Below the pieces are notes generated by a model. It was not told the origin of the DNA and ran no database searches. It saw only the letters and a program-made list of their open reading frames with translations. Of a stretch of DNA of 52,183 bases, positions 35,624 to 47,433 are shown in pieces. The number at the start of each line of letters is the position of its first letter. Within the stretch, counting starts at the first letter, position 1. Both the position numbers and the translations under genes were made by a program. The DNA comes from an uncultured Bacilli bacterium (GTDB lineage: Bacteria > Bacillota_I > Bacilli_A > RF39 > UBA660): the NCBI GenBank assembly GCA_944327365.1, contig CALVHI010000002.1, positions 1 through 52,183 on the forward strand, in the 5' to 3' direction.

Positions 35624-38047
35624 TTATTCATCTGAAGATAAATCTTCTTTTTCTACTAAACTAATTGTTGTTACATATTGATCTTCTTTTAAATGAATTA
35701 ATCTAACTCCTTGTGTGACTCTTCCTAAAGTATTTATTTGATCAAGGCTCATTCTCATAGTAGTTCCTGTGTTTGTCATAATTACTAACTCTTTATTTTC
35801 ATCTACAACTTTTACTGAGGCTATATTTCCATTTTTTTCAGTGATATTTAGTGCTTTTACCCCTTTACTGCCTCGACTAGTTTCCCTAAAATCACTTACT
35901 AATGTCTTTTTTCCATATCCTTTTTCAGTTACCAACAAAATTTTATCTTCTTCATTTACTATTTCTGCACAAACACATTTACCACCATCTAAATTAATAC
36001 CTTTAACACCACTAGCTGTTCTTCCCATAGGCCTTATTTTATCTTCTTTAAATTTAACCATTCTACCAGTTTCATTTCCTAGTAATACATAATTTTCACC
36101 ATTAGTACGTTTTACTGCAATTAATTCATCATTTTCCTTTAAATTCATGCAAATTTTACCTGACGTACGTATGTTTGTAAACTCTTCTATAGCTGTTTTC
36201 TTAACTAACCCATGTTTTGTTACAAATAATAAGTATTTTGTTTTTTCCGTTTTAGATATCCCTAAAATAGAATTAATTATTTCATCTTTTTCTATTGGAA
36301 GTAAATTTATAATTGGCAATCCTTTAGATTGGCGATTAAATTCAGGAATTTCATAACCTTTGATTCGATATACTTTTCCTCTATTAGTAAAGAATAAAAC
36401 ATGATCATGGGATGAAATATTAATAATTTCTTCAACAAAATCTTCATCATTAGTTGTCATGCCTTTGACTCCCATTCCACCTCGTTTTTGAGCTTTAAAT
36501 GTATCTGTTGTCGTTCTTTTAATATACCCCTTATGTGTCATTGCGATAAGAACATTTTCTTCTGGAATTAATGATTCATCTTCTATATATTCGATCGCAG
36601 TCATATCAATATCTGTACGGCGTTTATCTGCATATTTATCTTTAATTTCTAATAGTTCTTCTTTAATTATATTTAACACTTTTTCTTCAGATGCAAGAAT
36701 ACTTCTTAATTCTTCAATTAATTTTAATAATTCGTTTAATTCTTCTTCAATTTTATCTCTTTCTAAACCTGTTAATCTTCTTAAGCGCATTTCTAAGATG
36801 GCTTCTGCTTGAACATCGCTTAAATTAAAGCTATTCATCAATCCTTGTTTTGCTTCATCATCAGATGCAGATGCTCTAATTAACTTAATTACAGCATCAA
36901 TATGATCTAAGGCTATTTTTAATCCTTCTAAGATATGAACTCTTTTTTCCGCTTTGTCTAAATCAAACTGAGTTCTTCTAATAATTACTTCTTTTTGATA
37001 ATCAATATACTTAGAAATGATGTCTTTTAAGCCTAATGTTTTTGGGACACCATTATCAAGCATTAAGAAAATTATACCATATGTTGTTTGGAAAGCAGTA
37101 TGTTTATATAATTTATTTAAGATTACCTGAGCATTCGCATCTTTCTTTAAAGTAATCGTTATTTTTATGCCATCTTTTAAATCTGCATGATAATCAGTAA
37201 TACCTTCTAAAACTTTATTATGAACTAATTCTGCGACTTTATTTTTTAATTCTAATGTATTTACACCATATGGAACTTCATCCACTATGATATATTGTTT
37301 ACCATTTTTTTCTTCAATATGAGCTCGGCTTCGAATAGTAATAGTTCCGCGTCCTGTTTCATAAGCCTTTTTAATACCACTGTTACCTAAAATTAAAGCT
37401 CCGGTTGGAAAATCAGGACCTTTAATATACTGCATAAGCCCCATGGTATCAATATCTGGATTATCGATATAGGCGATACATCCATCAATTACTTCACCAA
37501 GATTATGAGGGGGAATATTGGTTGCCATACCAACCGCAATACCCATGGTTCCATTCACTAAAATATTAGGAAATCTTGAAGGTAAAACTTCAGGTTCTTT
37601 GGTTGTTTCATCATAGTTTGGCATGAAATTAACTGTATTTTTATTAATATCTCGGAGTAATTCCATAGATATTTTAGATAGTTTTGCTTCTGTATAACGG
37701 TAGGCTGCAGCACCATATCCTTCAATGTTACCAAAGTTTCCATGGCCGTCTACAAGCATATAACGATAGTTAAAGTCTTGAGCCATTCTTACCATTGCTT
37801 CATAAATACTAGAATCTCCATGTGGGTGATATTTACCCATAACGTCACCTACTATTGTTGCAGATTTACGATATTGTTTATCTGGAGTAAGGTTATTTTG
37901 AAGCATATCATAGAGAATTCTTCGATGTACTGGTTTTAGACCATCTCTTAGATCTGGTAAGGCACGAGAGATAATAACACTCATAGAATATTCTAAGAAT
38001 GATTTTTTTACTTCTGTTACAATATTATTTTGTTCTAATCGATCCAT
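35624..38047 (-). CDS. gyrA: DNA gyrase subunit A
   Basis: [12 protein letters not shown], the active-site AAAYRYTE, and C-terminal beta-pinwheel repeats. Length is 807 aa. Confidence 0.97.
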   Translation of the reverse strand: MDRLEQNNIVTEVKKSFLEYSMSVIISRALPDLRDGLKPVHRRILYDMLQNNLTPDKQYRKSATIVGDVMGKYHPHGDSSIYEAMVRMAQDFNYRYMLVDGHGNFGNIEGYGAAAYRYTEAKLSKISMELLRDINKNTVNFMPNYDETTKEPEVLPSRFPNILVNGTMGIAVGMATNIPPHNLGEVIDGCIAYIDNPDIDTMGLMQYIKGPDFPTGALILGNSGIKKAYETGRGTITIRSRAHIEEKNGKQYIIVDEVPYGVNTLELKNKVAELVHNKVLEGITDYHADLKDGIKITITLKKDANAQVILNKLYKHTAFQTTYGIIFLMLDNGVPKTLGLKDIISKYIDYQKEVIIRRTQFDLDKAEKRVHILEGLKIALDHIDAVIKLIRASASDDEAKQGLMNSFNLSDVQAEAILEMRLRRLTGLERDKIEEELNELLKLIEELRSILASEEKVLNIIKEELLEIKDKYADKRRTDIDMTAIEYIEDESLIPEENVLIAMTHKGYIKRTTTDTFKAQKRGGMGVKGMTTNDEDFVEEIINISSHDHVLFFTNRGKVYRIKGYEIPEFNRQSKGLPIINLLPIEKDEIINSILGISKTEKTKYLLFVTKHGLVKKTAIEEFTNIRTSGKICMNLKENDELIAVKRTNGENYVLLGNETGRMVKFKEDKIRPMGRTASGVKGINLDGGKCVCAEIVNEEDKILLVTEKGYGKKTLVSDFRETSRGSKGVKALNITEKNGNIASVKVVDENKELVIMTNTGTTMRMSLDQINTLGRVTQGVRLIHLKEDQYVTTISLVEKEDLSSDE

Positions 38048-38058
38048 ATAAACCTCCT

Positions 38059-39972
<1,914 letters not shown>

Positions 39973-41061
39973 TTATTCCTCCTTTACTATACCGTTATTA
40001 ACTTGAAATATTTTAGCATTTTTCAATAATTTTTTATCTACATTTTTTATATCGGTTGTAGTGATTAATGTTTGCAAATCTGGGTCAATAAGATTTAAGA
40101 TATTATTAATTTTTTCTTCATCTAATTCGCTAAATAGATCATCAAGAATTAAAATTGGCTTTTTATGTAGTTTTTCTTCAATATTTTTTATTTCCGCTAA
40201 TTTAAAAGAAATAATACTGTTTTTTTGTTCACCTACTGATGAGAATTCTTTTACTATTTCTTTATCTATCCTGAATTCAAAATCATCATGCTGAACTCCA
40301 AAGATTGTTTTTCCTAAAAATATTTCCCGGGAAATATTTTTTTCAAACATTTTTTGAAGCGTTTCTTTAGATTTTTTTAAAAATTCACTTTTGTAGATTA
40401 CTTTAAGTGTTCCTTTATGGGTTATTTGTGTATAAATATCACTGATATAAGAATTAATATTTTCAATAAATTCTTCTCTTATTTTCATTACTTTTAAGCC
40501 AATATTTATTAATTGATCAGTTAAAATATTTAAAAACGAATAATCCACTTGTTTTTTCTTGTTAAAGGCTTTTAAATAGGCATTTCTTTGTTTTAATACT
40601 TTATTGTAGTGATTTAATAATTGAAGATATTCGCCACTAATACCAGATATTTCGATATTTAACATTTTTCTTCTTACACTTGGAGTATCTTTGATCATTT
40701 TTAAATCATCAGGGTTAAATAAAATTATATTCACTTTTGTAATATAATCACTAACTCTTTCTACTTTATTATTATTAATTTTAATTCTTTTACCAGCATT
40801 ACTTATTATAATTTTGTAATTATTAGAAATTGTATCTTTTATTGTTCCTTCAATTTTAGCAATATTTTTTCCTCTTTTAATCACAATATCATCGGTATTA
40901 GAACGAAAGGTTTTAGTTAGTCCTAACATATAAATTGCTTCAATAATATTCGTTTTACCCATTCCATTTTTTCCATAAATTAAATTAACTTTTGGAGAAA
41001 ATTGTAATTCTAACGATTCATAATTACGAAAATTTAATAATTTTAAACTATTGATTTGCAT
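39973..41061 (-). CDS. recF: DNA replication/repair protein RecF
   Basis: Walker A GKNGMGKTN, signature-like SVGEQK, and Walker B ILILDD. Confidence 0.9.
   Translation of the reverse strand: MQINSLKLLNFRNYESLELQFSPKVNLIYGKNGMGKTNIIEAIYMLGLTKTFRSNTDDIVIKRGKNIAKIEGTIKDTISNNYKIIISNAGKRIKINNNKVERVSDYITKVNIILFNPDDLKMIKDTPSVRRKMLNIEISGISGEYLQLLNHYNKVLKQRNAYLKAFNKKKQVDYSFLNILTDQLINIGLKVMKIREEFIENINSYISDIYTQITHKGTLKVIYKSEFLKKSKETLQKMFEKNISREIFLGKTIFGVQHDDFEFRIDKEIVKEFSSVGEQKNSIISFKLAEIKNIEEKLHKKPILILDDLFSELDEEKINNILNLIDPDLQTLITTTDIKNVDKKLLKNAKIFQVNNGIVKEE
40316..40341. promoter_or_regulatory. Noc-binding site, perfect 26-nt palindrome inside recF
   Basis: AAAAATATTTCCCGGGAAATATTTTT. It is translated as N-I-S-R-E-I-F. 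Confidence 0.75.
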
Positions 41062-41151
41062 TTTTTAGCCCCTACTTTGCTGATATATAAAAATTCATGG
41101 TATAAGCGTACTCCTATACCTATAAATATTATATCATAAAAAAAGACCTTT

Positions 41152-41604
41152 TTAAAGGTTTTTTGTGTGTTTTCGGCCTCTTAATGCTGATTCTAATCTC
41201 ATGGCTCGAAGAACTTGTTTATCAAAGTTGGTATAACAAATTTTTAGATCTATTTTTTGTTGATTTTTGAAAATAACTCTTACTGCTTTTTGATTATTTA
41301 GATTATATTTTAAAATATTTTCTAATAATAACCACGAACAATTTGGATTTTTGCTAGAATGAGTAGGAATTAAAATCATTCTTTTTACTTCATCTATAAT
41401 AATTGGCGGTTTATAGCTAGCTCCTATTAAATAGGAACTTCCTTTTCTTCTTCCATCAAAAGTAGACCCATTTAAATTGCAGTTGTATTCTATTATTTTT
41501 GAAGTTGTTTCTTCAATAATTTTTTCTCTTGCATATTCTAAAATTTTGGTATTTTTTCCATCAGGCAAGAGTGCTAATGTTTTTTCATTTATTATATATG
41601 GCAT
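41152..41604 (-). CDS. ComK-family protein (short, 150 aa)
   Basis: The ComK pattern is present: Y-I-N-x-x-T-L-A-L-L-P, C...NGSTFDGRRKG, YKPPIIID, LIPTHS...C-S-W, and FDKQVLR. Confidence 0.65.
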   Translation of the reverse strand: MPYIINEKTLALLPDGKNTKILEYAREKIIEETTSKIIEYNCNLNGSTFDGRRKGSSYLIGASYKPPIIIDEVKRMILIPTHSSKNPNCSWLLLENILKYNLNNQKAVRVIFKNQQKIDLKICYTNFDKQVLRAMRLESALRGRKHTKNL

Positions 41605-41677
41605 ACCATTGCCCCCTTTCCTTATAGTTATACCATAAGTAAAGGGAAAAAAATGTCGAATGGTGTCGGTGCTATTT

Positions 41678-42796
41678 TTAATACGTTTTGATTGGCAATA
41701 TAAGCTGAATTAAGGATTCATCTGTTAATGATTTGATGATTAAAGGCTTGACATCACTATTTAATAATAATAATATTTCATCTTCTTCTAATGTTTTAAT
41801 TGCTTCTAACATGTATTTTGATGAGAAGGAAATCTCTAGATGTTCTTTATTGTTTGTTTCCACTGTTAATTGTTCTTCAACCTTACCTATTTCTGATGCA
41901 TAAGAATTAATAATCATTTTAGTATCATCTAAAGACATTTTTACAATATTTTTATCTTTTCCTTGAGTTAGAAGGGATGCTCTATCAATAGCATCATTAA
42001 ATTCTCTTTTAGATACTTTAATAATGTAGGCAAATTCACTAGGAATTAGATTAGAAGTATTAGGATAGTTTCCACTTAAAAGATTGGTTTGAAAATTGAT
42101 GTTCTTATATTTAAATAAGACTTTATTATTAAAGATATGCGTCTCAATATTAGAATCATCAGTAATAATTCTTTCAAGTTCCATAATATTTTTTCCCGGA
42201 ATAACAATTTCTACATCTTTTTCAACAGGGGCAGATAACTTGATATTTTTTTTGGCTAAACGATAAGAATCGGTTGCTACAGCTTCTAAGACGTCTTTTG
42301 TGAATTTAAAGTTTACACCTGTTAATATTGGGCGCAATTCTTGATTTGATATGGCAAAAACAGTTTGATTAATAATATTTTTAAATACTTCTCCATTAAT
42401 AGTGATAGGATCTTTGTTTACTTCTAATTTAACATCTGGATAATCTTTAATATCTAAACAGTTAAGATTATATTGATTATTTTCTGTATATATTTTAATT
42501 TTTAATCCATCTATTACTTCAAAGTTTATTAGATCACTTGGCATTTTTCGTACGATATCTAGAATATATTTACTTTGAATAATAATTCCTCCTAGACTAA
42601 TTATTTGCTCAATATCTTTCGTATCTATCAGTACTTTGATTGTTAGTTCTGAATCACTTGCAGTTAAGTATAATCCATTGTTAGTTAATTCAAATTTAAT
42701 TCCATTTAATACTGGTATTACATTTTTAGTAGATATTGCTCTAATTACATTATTTAGTCCTTCTAAAATAACACTTTTTTTAATTGTAAATTTCAT
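41678..42796 (-). CDS. dnaN: DNA polymerase III beta sliding clamp
   Basis: MKFTI...IPVLNGI...ATDSYRLA...LILPIKTY. The start is taken at the second ATG, which is better spaced from the GAAGGA RBS. Confidence 0.95.
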   Translation of the reverse strand: MKFTIKKSVILEGLNNVIRAISTKNVIPVLNGIKFELTNNGLYLTASDSELTIKVLIDTKDIEQIISLGGIIIQSKYILDIVRKMPSDLINFEVIDGLKIKIYTENNQYNLNCLDIKDYPDVKLEVNKDPITINGEVFKNIINQTVFAISNQELRPILTGVNFKFTKDVLEAVATDSYRLAKKNIKLSAPVEKDVEIVIPGKNIMELERIITDDSNIETHIFNNKVLFKYKNINFQTNLLSGNYPNTSNLIPSEFAYIIKVSKREFNDAIDRASLLTQGKDKNIVKMSLDDTKMIINSYASEIGKVEEQLTVETNNKEHLEISFSSKYMLEAIKTLEEDEILLLLNSDVKPLIIKSLTDESLIQLILPIKTY

Positions 42797-42802
42797 ATTC
42801 AT

Positions 42803-42942
42803 TCCTTCTTTCTAATTTTTAATATTATTTATTATAGTGTTAGTAATGTTTATAACTTCTTTTTTGCTTTTATTTTCTATTCTTTTTGGACTTTTAACTT
42901 GTTGATAAGAGGTTGTTTATTCACATTTTAAAAACAAGTTAT
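42803..42942. other. dnaA-dnaN intergenic part of oriC (two DnaA boxes plus an AT-rich tract)
   Basis: TGTTGATAA (42900-42908) and TTATTCACA (42917-42925) each have one mismatch to consensus. About 90 nt of highly AT-rich DNA follows, running toward dnaN. Confidence 0.6.
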
Positions 42943-44301
42943 TTACAGTTTTGCTTTTATTTCTTTAATTGTTTCTTCTAATTCATGATTTTCAATTAAT
43001 TCTTTTTCAATCTTATCACAAGCAAATATTACTGTTGAATGATCTCTACCTCCAAATTCTAAGCCAATTCTTGGGAAAGTTTCATCTGTTTCTATTCGAC
43101 ATAAATACATGGCCAGTTGACGTGGATGAGCGACTTTATTGCTTCGTTTCTTTCCTTTTAAATCATCAATTGTTATATTATAGTAATCGGCGACCGCTTT
43201 TTGAATTTTAGTGATATTATTGTTTGAATAGATGTTTTTATTAACAAAATCTTTTAGGGCTTCACAAGTAAATTCTAAATCAATTGTTTTTGGAACAATC
43301 ATTGCTGTGTATGCCATTAATCGATTTACTGCTCCTTCAAGGAAACGAATATCATTTTGACAAGCATTGGCAATATATTCAATACTTTCTTCTTTTATTA
43401 GTCCAGCAATACTTGTATTTTCGATCTTTTTCCTGATAATTCGACATCGAAGATCAAAATCTGGTGGATAGATATCTACAGGTAGGCCCCACATGAATCG
43501 TGATCTAAGTCTTTCTTCTAATATTTTTAGGTCTTCTGGGGAGCGATCACTGCTTATTATAATTTGTTTATTAGATTGATGTAAATAATTGAAAGTATTA
43601 AAGAATTCTTGTTGGGTTTTTTCTGCACCTACTAAATATTGAATATCATCAATAATTAGAACATCAACATTTCGATATTTGTTTTTAAAATCGTTGGCGT
43701 ATTCAACAGTATTTTTGGCATTATCTGGATTGGCAATATTGGTATATTCTGTCATAAATTCATCACAAGTACAATAAAGTACTTTTCTATTAGAGTTTTG
43801 CGTGATGAAATTTCCTATTGCGTGCATAAGATGAGTTTTTCCTAACCCGCTTTTTCCATATATAAATAATGGATTATGAATTCTACCTGGAGCTTCTGCG
43901 ACTGCCATAGCTGCTACTTTGGCTAGTCGATTAGTGTCGCCAACAACAAAGTTATCAAAATTTAAGTTTGGATTTAAGTTTGTTACAAAATTTTTGTTTG
44001 TATCTTCTTTTTTATTAACACTTTCTTCTTTGATTGGTGTTATATCACTTTCTAAGATAAATTCTATATCATAGTTAATATTGGTGATATTTGCTAATGT
44101 TTTTTCTATTAATGAATAATAGTTGTCACCAAGCATTTTTTTATGAATATCCATGGGGACTTTAAATGTTATTTTATCGTCAGTTAAATTAATGATTTCT
44201 AGATCATTGAACCAAGCATGAAATGATGCTGGATTAATTTCTTTGTAGATATTATCTAGAAACTTTTTTAATAGTTCTTTTTTATCCAATTTAAACCTCA
44301 C
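42943..44301 (-). CDS. dnaA: Chromosomal replication initiator protein DnaA
   Basis: NPLFIYGKSGLGKTHL, LIIDDIQ, and domain IV VAHPRQLAMYL...GGRDHSTV. The track start is a GTG. An alternative TTG at 44289 is better spaced from GGTGAGG. Confidence 0.95.
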   Translation of the reverse strand: MRFKLDKKELLKKFLDNIYKEINPASFHAWFNDLEIINLTDDKITFKVPMDIHKKMLGDNYYSLIEKTLANITNINYDIEFILESDITPIKEESVNKKEDTNKNFVTNLNPNLNFDNFVVGDTNRLAKVAAMAVAEAPGRIHNPLFIYGKSGLGKTHLMHAIGNFITQNSNRKVLYCTCDEFMTEYTNIANPDNAKNTVEYANDFKNKYRNVDVLIIDDIQYLVGAEKTQQEFFNTFNYLHQSNKQIIISSDRSPEDLKILEERLRSRFMWGLPVDIYPPDFDLRCRIIRKKIENTSIAGLIKEESIEYIANACQNDIRFLEGAVNRLMAYTAMIVPKTIDLEFTCEALKDFVNKNIYSNNNITKIQKAVADYYNITIDDLKGKKRSNKVAHPRQLAMYLCRIETDETFPRIGLEFGGRDHSTVIFACDKIEKELIENHELEETIKEIKAKL

Positions 44302-44702
44302 CCCACAGTCTGCACTTTTAACACTTTAATTGTATCGCATTTTTGATTGAAATAAAAGTCTAAAATGTTAATTTTTTTTTATCCACATACTACTAACTGG
44401 ATTTAGCCCTTATCATACCTTATTTTTTTTTATTTATCAACACTATTCACAATAATTATCATATTTTTATTTTTTATTCACAATAAAGTTTTTATATATT
44501 CATTGTTAGTAATGTGGATAACTTTTATTTTGATACACAAGATGCAGTGGATACGAGCATTTCTATTATTTTATGTATTGTTGATAACTTATTATTTATT
44601 CACAATTTAATAGAAAAAACGTGTTGATAAAATTTTTTTAGTAATGCTAAATGTTTATTCATTGTGTATAAAATGTGAAGTATTATTTTTCCTGAAAAAA
44701 AC
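44302..44702. other. oriC, DnaA-box cluster upstream of dnaA
   Basis: Perfect boxes at 44379-44387 (TTATCCACA) and 44513-44521 (TGTGGATAA). One-mismatch boxes at 44434-44442, 44474-44482, 44579-44587, 44596-44604 and 44622-44630. Coding-strand bias switches here. Confidence 0.8.
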
Positions 44703-44731
44703 TTGACTTAATAAGAATATAATATTATAAT
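44703..44731 (+). promoter_or_regulatory. Sigma-A promoter of rpmH
   Basis: TTGACT (44703-44708), a 17-nt spacer, then TATAAT (44726-44731). An AAGGAGGTG RBS lies at 44750-44758. Confidence 0.6.
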
Positions 44732-44764
44732 TAAACCACCCTGAATTTTAAGGAGGTGCTACAA

Positions 44765-44887
44765 ATGAAAAGTACATATCAACCTAATAATCGTAAAAAA
44801 GCAAAGAAACATGGATTTTTTGCAAGAAAAGAAACAAAAATTTTAAAAAATAGACGTAAAAAAGGTCGTAAAGTTTTATGTAAGTAA
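44765..44887 (+). CDS. rpmH: 50S ribosomal protein L34 (40 aa; not in the ORF track)
   Basis: Translated by hand as [40 protein letters not shown]. It has a strong RBS and sits upstream of rnpA. Confidence 0.85.
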   Translation: MKSTYQPNNRKKAKKHGFFARKETKILKNRRKKGRKVLCK

Positions 44888-44913
44888 CCACTTTTTGTAG
44901 TGGTATTTTTTTT
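44887..44913 (+). terminator. Hairpin plus T-run between rpmH and rnpA (possible partial terminator)
   Basis: ACCACT-ttttgt-AGTGGT followed by ATTTTTTTT. Confidence 0.45.
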
Positions 44914-44925
44914 CTTAATTGGGAT

Positions 44926-45276
44926 GTGATTAATTTGAAGAAATATGAAATTGTTAAGGAAAATAAAGATTTTGATGATATTATTAAAAATGGGAAGTAT
45001 TTAAAAAGTAAGTATTATTCAATATATTATAAAGAAAATAATCTTGGATTAGCTAAGTTTGGGATAGCTGTTAGTAAGAAATTTGGAAATGCTGTAGAAA
45101 GAAATAAAGTGAAAAGACAACTTAGAAGTTTAATAGATCAATATAAAAAGATGTTTTCAAAATCTAATTATTATATTATAATGGTAAGAGTGGGAGTAAA
45201 GAATGTTTGTTACTCTATGATGGAACAAGATTTTGTTTCTTTATTACAGAAAGGATTTGAGGATGAAAAAAATTAA
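44926..45276 (+). CDS. rnpA: Ribonuclease P protein component
   Basis: KFGIAVSKKFGNAVERNKVKRQLR (RNR motif). It uses a GTG start. Confidence 0.9.
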   Translation: MINLKKYEIVKENKDFDDIIKNGKYLKSKYYSIYYKENNLGLAKFGIAVSKKFGNAVERNKVKRQLRSLIDQYKKMFSKSNYYIIMVRVGVKNVCYSMMEQDFVSLLQKGFEDEKN

Positions 45277-46282
45277 AATTGGTATTTTATTTTTATTTAT
45301 TTTAGGTTTAACTGCTTGTGGGAATAGCAATTATATTGTTGATGAAGAAGGTGCTTTAGTAGAATATGAAAAAACTGGGCAAGTTTTGCAAAAAGATATT
45401 CTTTGTAAACCTGAAAATAAAGATTTAGATGAATTGTATGCTAAATATGGGGATCAAACAAAAATTAATTATGATGATTTACCTCTTTGTAGTGAATTTT
45501 CTTTATCTAGTAATGAATCAGATGGAATTTGGGAAGGAATTTTTGTTAAACCACTTTCTTTCTTAATTTTAAAGCTTGGCTATTTAGTGAATAGTTTTGG
45601 TTTATCTGTTATTTTAATTGGGTTAGCTATTCGTTTAATTCTTTTACCTATTTCTAGAAAAACAATGAAACAATCTAGTAATATGAAAAAAGCTCAACCG
45701 GAAATTGCTAGACTTGAGAAGAAATATGCTGGTAAAACGGATAATGAAGCAATGCTTCAAAAATCTCAAGAGATGATGCTTGTTTATAAAAAATATAATA
45801 TTAGTCCTTTTGGCAGTTGTTTACTTGCATTTATTCAACTTCCTTTATTCTTTGCTTTTTTACAAGCAATTAATCGGACACCAGTGATATTTGAAGATAC
45901 TTTTTTAGGTCTTACTTTAGGTCAAACGCCAATGAAGGGTTTATTTGAGTATCATCAGTGGGCTTATATCATTATTATTGGTTTAATTATTCTAACAACA
46001 TATCTATCATTTAGAAATTCGATGTCTACTACTCAAACTGGTAATCAAGATATGGAACGTCAAATGCAGTTTATCTTTAAGTTTATGATTATTATGATTT
46101 CAGTTGCATCTTTATATTTATCGACTGCTATTGCATTATATTGGATTGCTACAAATGGATTTGTTGTATTACAGAACTTTATCTTTAAGAAAATAGATTT
46201 AAGAGAGGAAAATAAGGATAGAATTATTGTTCCTCATAAAGAAAAAAAGAAAGATAAGGGTAAGAAAAAGAAAGGATTGTAG
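45263..46282 (+). CDS. yidC: Membrane protein insertase YidC/SpoIIIJ (lipoprotein type)
   Basis: The lipobox LGLTAC follows MKKIKIGILFLF. Conserved YidC core LLPIS...MKKAQPE...KKYNISPFGSCL. The start is taken at the ATG at 45263, inside the longer track ORF. Confidence 0.9.
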   Translation: MKKIKIGILFLFILGLTACGNSNYIVDEEGALVEYEKTGQVLQKDILCKPENKDLDELYAKYGDQTKINYDDLPLCSEFSLSSNESDGIWEGIFVKPLSFLILKLGYLVNSFGLSVILIGLAIRLILLPISRKTMKQSSNMKKAQPEIARLEKKYAGKTDNEAMLQKSQEMMLVYKKYNISPFGSCLLAFIQLPLFFAFLQAINRTPVIFEDTFLGLTLGQTPMKGLFEYHQWAYIIIIGLIILTTYLSFRNSMSTTQTGNQDMERQMQFIFKFMIIMISVASLYLSTAIALYWIATNGFVVLQNFIFKKIDLREENKDRIIVPHKEKKKDKGKKKKGL

Positions 46283-46284
46283 TT

Positions 46285-46893
46285 ATGAATGTAGTAAGTA
46301 AAGAGGCAAAGACAAAAGAAGAAGTCTTAAGACAAGTTTTAGCAGAATTAAATGCGAGTGAAGAAGAAGTAACTTATTCTTTTAAAGAAATAAAAGGGGG
46401 ATTGTTTAAAGGAGTTACTTATGAGTGCTCTGGTTTTTTAAAGCTAGATTTAATTAGTGATGTTCAGGAATATCTTAAAAATATTTTAAATGGTATGGGG
46501 CTTGAAGTTTCTTTTGAAGTTAATATGAAAGATGATGTTACAAATATTAAAATGTATACTTCAAATAATCCTATTGTGATTGGCAAGAATGGGACTAATT
46601 TAGAGGCTTTAACCATTCTTGCTCGACAATTTATTAAAAATTATACTTTTAATGGTCCAAAAATTGTTTTGGATGTTGAGGATTATAAAGATAGACAAAT
46701 AAAAAAGTTAGAGCGTTTAGCAAAGAATCTTGCTCGTGATGTAGTAAGAACAAAGGTAGATGTGGAAATGGATAATATGAATTCTTATGAAAGAAGAATT
46801 GTTCATAATGTTTTAACTGATTTTAAGGGTGTTAAAACAGAAAGTATTGGTGAAGAACCAAATAGACATGTTGTTATTAAATATGATAAATAA
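46285..46893 (+). CDS. jag: RNA-binding protein Jag/KhpB (KH plus R3H)
   Basis: Jag_N, a KH-like IGKNGTNLEAL, and R3H SYERRIVHNVL. It lies downstream of yidC. Confidence 0.85.
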   Translation: MNVVSKEAKTKEEVLRQVLAELNASEEEVTYSFKEIKGGLFKGVTYECSGFLKLDLISDVQEYLKNILNGMGLEVSFEVNMKDDVTNIKMYTSNNPIVIGKNGTNLEALTILARQFIKNYTFNGPKIVLDVEDYKDRQIKKLERLAKNLARDVVRTKVDVEMDNMNSYERRIVHNVLTDFKGVKTESIGEEPNRHVVIKYDK

Positions 46894-46911
46894 GTACCTT
46901 AATGGTGCTTT

Positions 46912-47127
46912 TTATTTGGCATTTAATCCATCTATATATCCTTCTACTTTTGCAATATCATTTTTTGATAATTCATTTATTTTTATTAGTAATTGAAATT
47001 GATCATCACTAATATTATTTGGTTTTAAAGCATCAATTGGTAAATTATAGGATGTTCTACATAATAAATAGTCGATATTAGTGTTAAAATAATCGGCTAA
47101 TTTAATTAGTATGATGTTATTGTTTCT
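46912..47127 (-). pseudogene. 5'-truncated remnant of an XRE-family HTH regulator
   Basis: The open frame with no start codon reads ...LIKLADYFNTNIDYLLCRTSYNLP...GYIDGLNAK*. LADYFN-x-x-IDYLL-x-RT is the third helix and tail of XRE HTH proteins. An in-frame TAA lies just upstream at 47128-47130. Confidence 0.6.
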
Positions 47128-47313
47128 TTAAATGAATATAATCAGTTAAAATCTGGTATGACTGAAGATGAAGTATGGAATATTATTGGTGGCGTATGTA
47201 CTAATACAGGTACTTCTTATGGATGTAATGGAAATGGTGAAATTGGATCTAATGTTATTTTAATGTTTCAAGGGGGCGAACTTTCAACATTTTCACAAAT
47301 TGACTTGGAATAA
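47110..47313 (+). pseudogene. 5'-truncated remnant of a DUF3862/BLIP-like small secreted protein
   Basis: The frame opens right after a TAG (47107-47109) and reads ...SLNEYNQLKSGMTEDEVWNIIGG...VILMFQGGELSTFSQIDLE*. There is no start codon and no signal peptide. Confidence 0.55.
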
Positions 47314-47348
47314 AAAACTGTCAGAAAAAAATTATTTTGACAGTTTTT
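47314..47348 (+). terminator. Hairpin after the DUF3862 remnant
   Basis: AAAACTGTC (47314-47322) pairs with GACAGTTTT (47339-47347). The loop is large at 16 nt. Confidence 0.45.
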
Positions 47349-47433
47349 GTTTGGACGCCATAGTTTAAATTAATAATAAAATATTATAACTTAATTATCT
47401 CTTTGTCATACAATATTTTAGAGGAGGATTTGT

